A stretch of 64,000 bases of DNA from Dendrobates tinctorius (lineage: Eukaryota): assembly GCF_039654945.1 (NCBI RefSeq), contig NW_027361682.1, forward strand, positions 16,430,001 to 16,494,000, in the 5' to 3' direction. The position numbers and the translations under genes were made by a program. The notes below the pieces were generated by a model. The model saw only the letters and a program-made list of their open reading frames with translations. It made no database searches and was not told the origin of the DNA. Each line of letters opens with the position of its first letter. Within the stretch, counting starts at the first letter, position 1. Positions 62,701 through 64,000 of this stretch are shown one piece after another.

Positions 62701-64000
62701 TGGGGGCTGTGCTGTCCCAGGGTCTGGCCACCCTTACCAATCTCAAACCCTGTGCCTTCTTCTCCAAGAAGTTCTCTTCAGCTGAGAAAAACTATGATGT
62801 AGGCAATAGAGAACTTCTTGCGGTCAAGCTGGCGTTTGAGGAATGGAGGCACTTTTTGGAAGGGTCGGCTCACCCTATCACGGTTGTCACGGATCACAAA
62901 AATTTGGCATACCTTGAATCTGCTAAGAGGCTTACTCCTAGACAGGCCCGTTGGTCACCTTTTTTCACGATTTCAGTTCTCAATTACTTTTCGACCGGGG
63001 TCCAAAAATGTTAAAGCGGATGCCCTGTCCAGAAGTTTTGATCCAGTGTCTCCCCCTGAGCCGCCGTCCTCCATTCTTCCCCCAGGGGTGGTAGTGGCGG
63101 GGGTCTCAACTGAGTTGGAACAAGAAATCCTAAGGGCTCAGGCCCTAGCTCCGGCAACCAGGCCAAGCGATAAACGGTTTGTTCCAGATTCATTGCGGCC
63201 TAGACTTCTGCAGGAGTTTCATGATTCTAGGCTGAGTGCTTATCCAGGTATCACGGCCACTAGAGAGGCAGTAGCCAGGGGTTTTTGGTGGCCTTCATTA
63301 AGGTCCGATGTCAAGGAATTTGTTTCTGCTTGTGACATATGTGCCCGTTCCAAAAGCTCGCATAACCGACCGGCTGGGGAACTCATACCTTTACCGGTTC
63401 CTGATAGGCCATGGACTCATCTTTCCATGAATTTTATTACCGGCCTTCCACCTTCCAGGGGCAATACCGTGATCTGGGTGGTGGTGGATAGGTTTTCTAA
63501 ACAGGCCCATTTCATTCCCTTGGCAGCATTACCTTCAGCAGAAACGTTGTCAAGATTGTTTGTGCAGCATGTGGTCCGATTGCATGGGGTACCCCTGAAT
63601 GTTGTGTCTGATAGAGGTGTGCAGTTTGTGGCCAAATTTTGGAGGGCGTTCTGTATGAAATTGGGCATCTCACTCTCCTTCTCGTCGGCATATCACCCGG
63701 AGAGTAATGGTCAGACAGAACGCACCAATCAATCCCTGGAACAAATTCTCAGGTGTCTGACCTCCGCCAGACAGGAGGATTGGTGTGATGCGTTACCGTT
63801 GGCTGAATTCTCTTTTAACAATCGGGTGAGTCAGTCCACCAACATGTCCCCATTCCTAATTAACTATGGCTTTAATCCGCATTTTGGGGAGTTTTTTCGG
63901 GTGGATTCCGGTTGTCCAGGAGCAGAGGGGTCCGTTCAACGGTTAAAAAACCTCTGGGCTGAAGTCCGGCGTAATATCTCTCGAGCCCAGGGGAGATACA
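59704..64000 (+). mobile_element. Ty3/Gypsy (Tf1/sushi-like) LTR retrotransposon, 3' part beyond the window
   Basis: Putative 5' LTR TG...CA at 59704-60403, then gag, PR (FIDCGS), RT (YLDD), RH (VDAS, ELLA, TDH) and IN in Gypsy order. Confidence 0.95.
60451..64000 (+). pseudogene. Gypsy gag-pol with two homopolymer frameshifts and a mutated integrase
   Basis: Frameshifts in T-runs near 60710 and 62960. The integrase frame is open to the window end but has GHPG->AYPG and SMDF->SMNF. Confidence 0.85.

Overview
Eukaryotic vertebrate genomic DNA, most likely from a frog (inferred from the repeat families and the divergence of the proteins from human). The window holds the conserved NARF-CYBC1-HEXD-OGFOD3 block, in the same order and orientation as human 17q25.3. 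NARF coding exon 1 is on the minus strand at 4555-4581, and the rest of the gene lies left of the window. CYBC1/EROS is complete (6 coding exons, +, 188 aa). HEXD is complete (13 exons, -, 487 aa, catalytic HIGSDE). OGFOD3 exons 1-4 are on the plus strand. All exon models were built by hand translation with GT-AG boundaries and consistent phases; gene identities rest on recalled human sequences, not database searches. The introns carry roughly 22 kb of tandem arrays, mostly with 29-39 bp units, including an 8-kb GC-rich array that fills OGFOD3 intron 1. Mobile elements include a full-length DIRS1-type tyrosine-recombinase retrotransposon (sense-oriented in HEXD intron 5), a young Tc1 with an uninterrupted DD34E transposase ORF, a Tf1/sushi-type Gypsy element cut by the window end, a solo LTR, Harbinger- and Kolobok/T2-type MITEs and decayed Tc1 copies. 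Most long ORFs in the supplied track are minisatellite artefacts. The most interesting non-gene signals are: (1) a duplicated RNA structure with covarying stems in the DIRS 5' leader; (2) a minimal Penelope-type hammerhead ribozyme inside a 68-bp-arm palindrome, on the NARF sense strand; (3) a 51-bp-period tandem array of full CTCF core+U motifs between NARF and CYBC1; (4) inverted minisatellite arrays bracketing a frame-symmetric block of HEXD exons.
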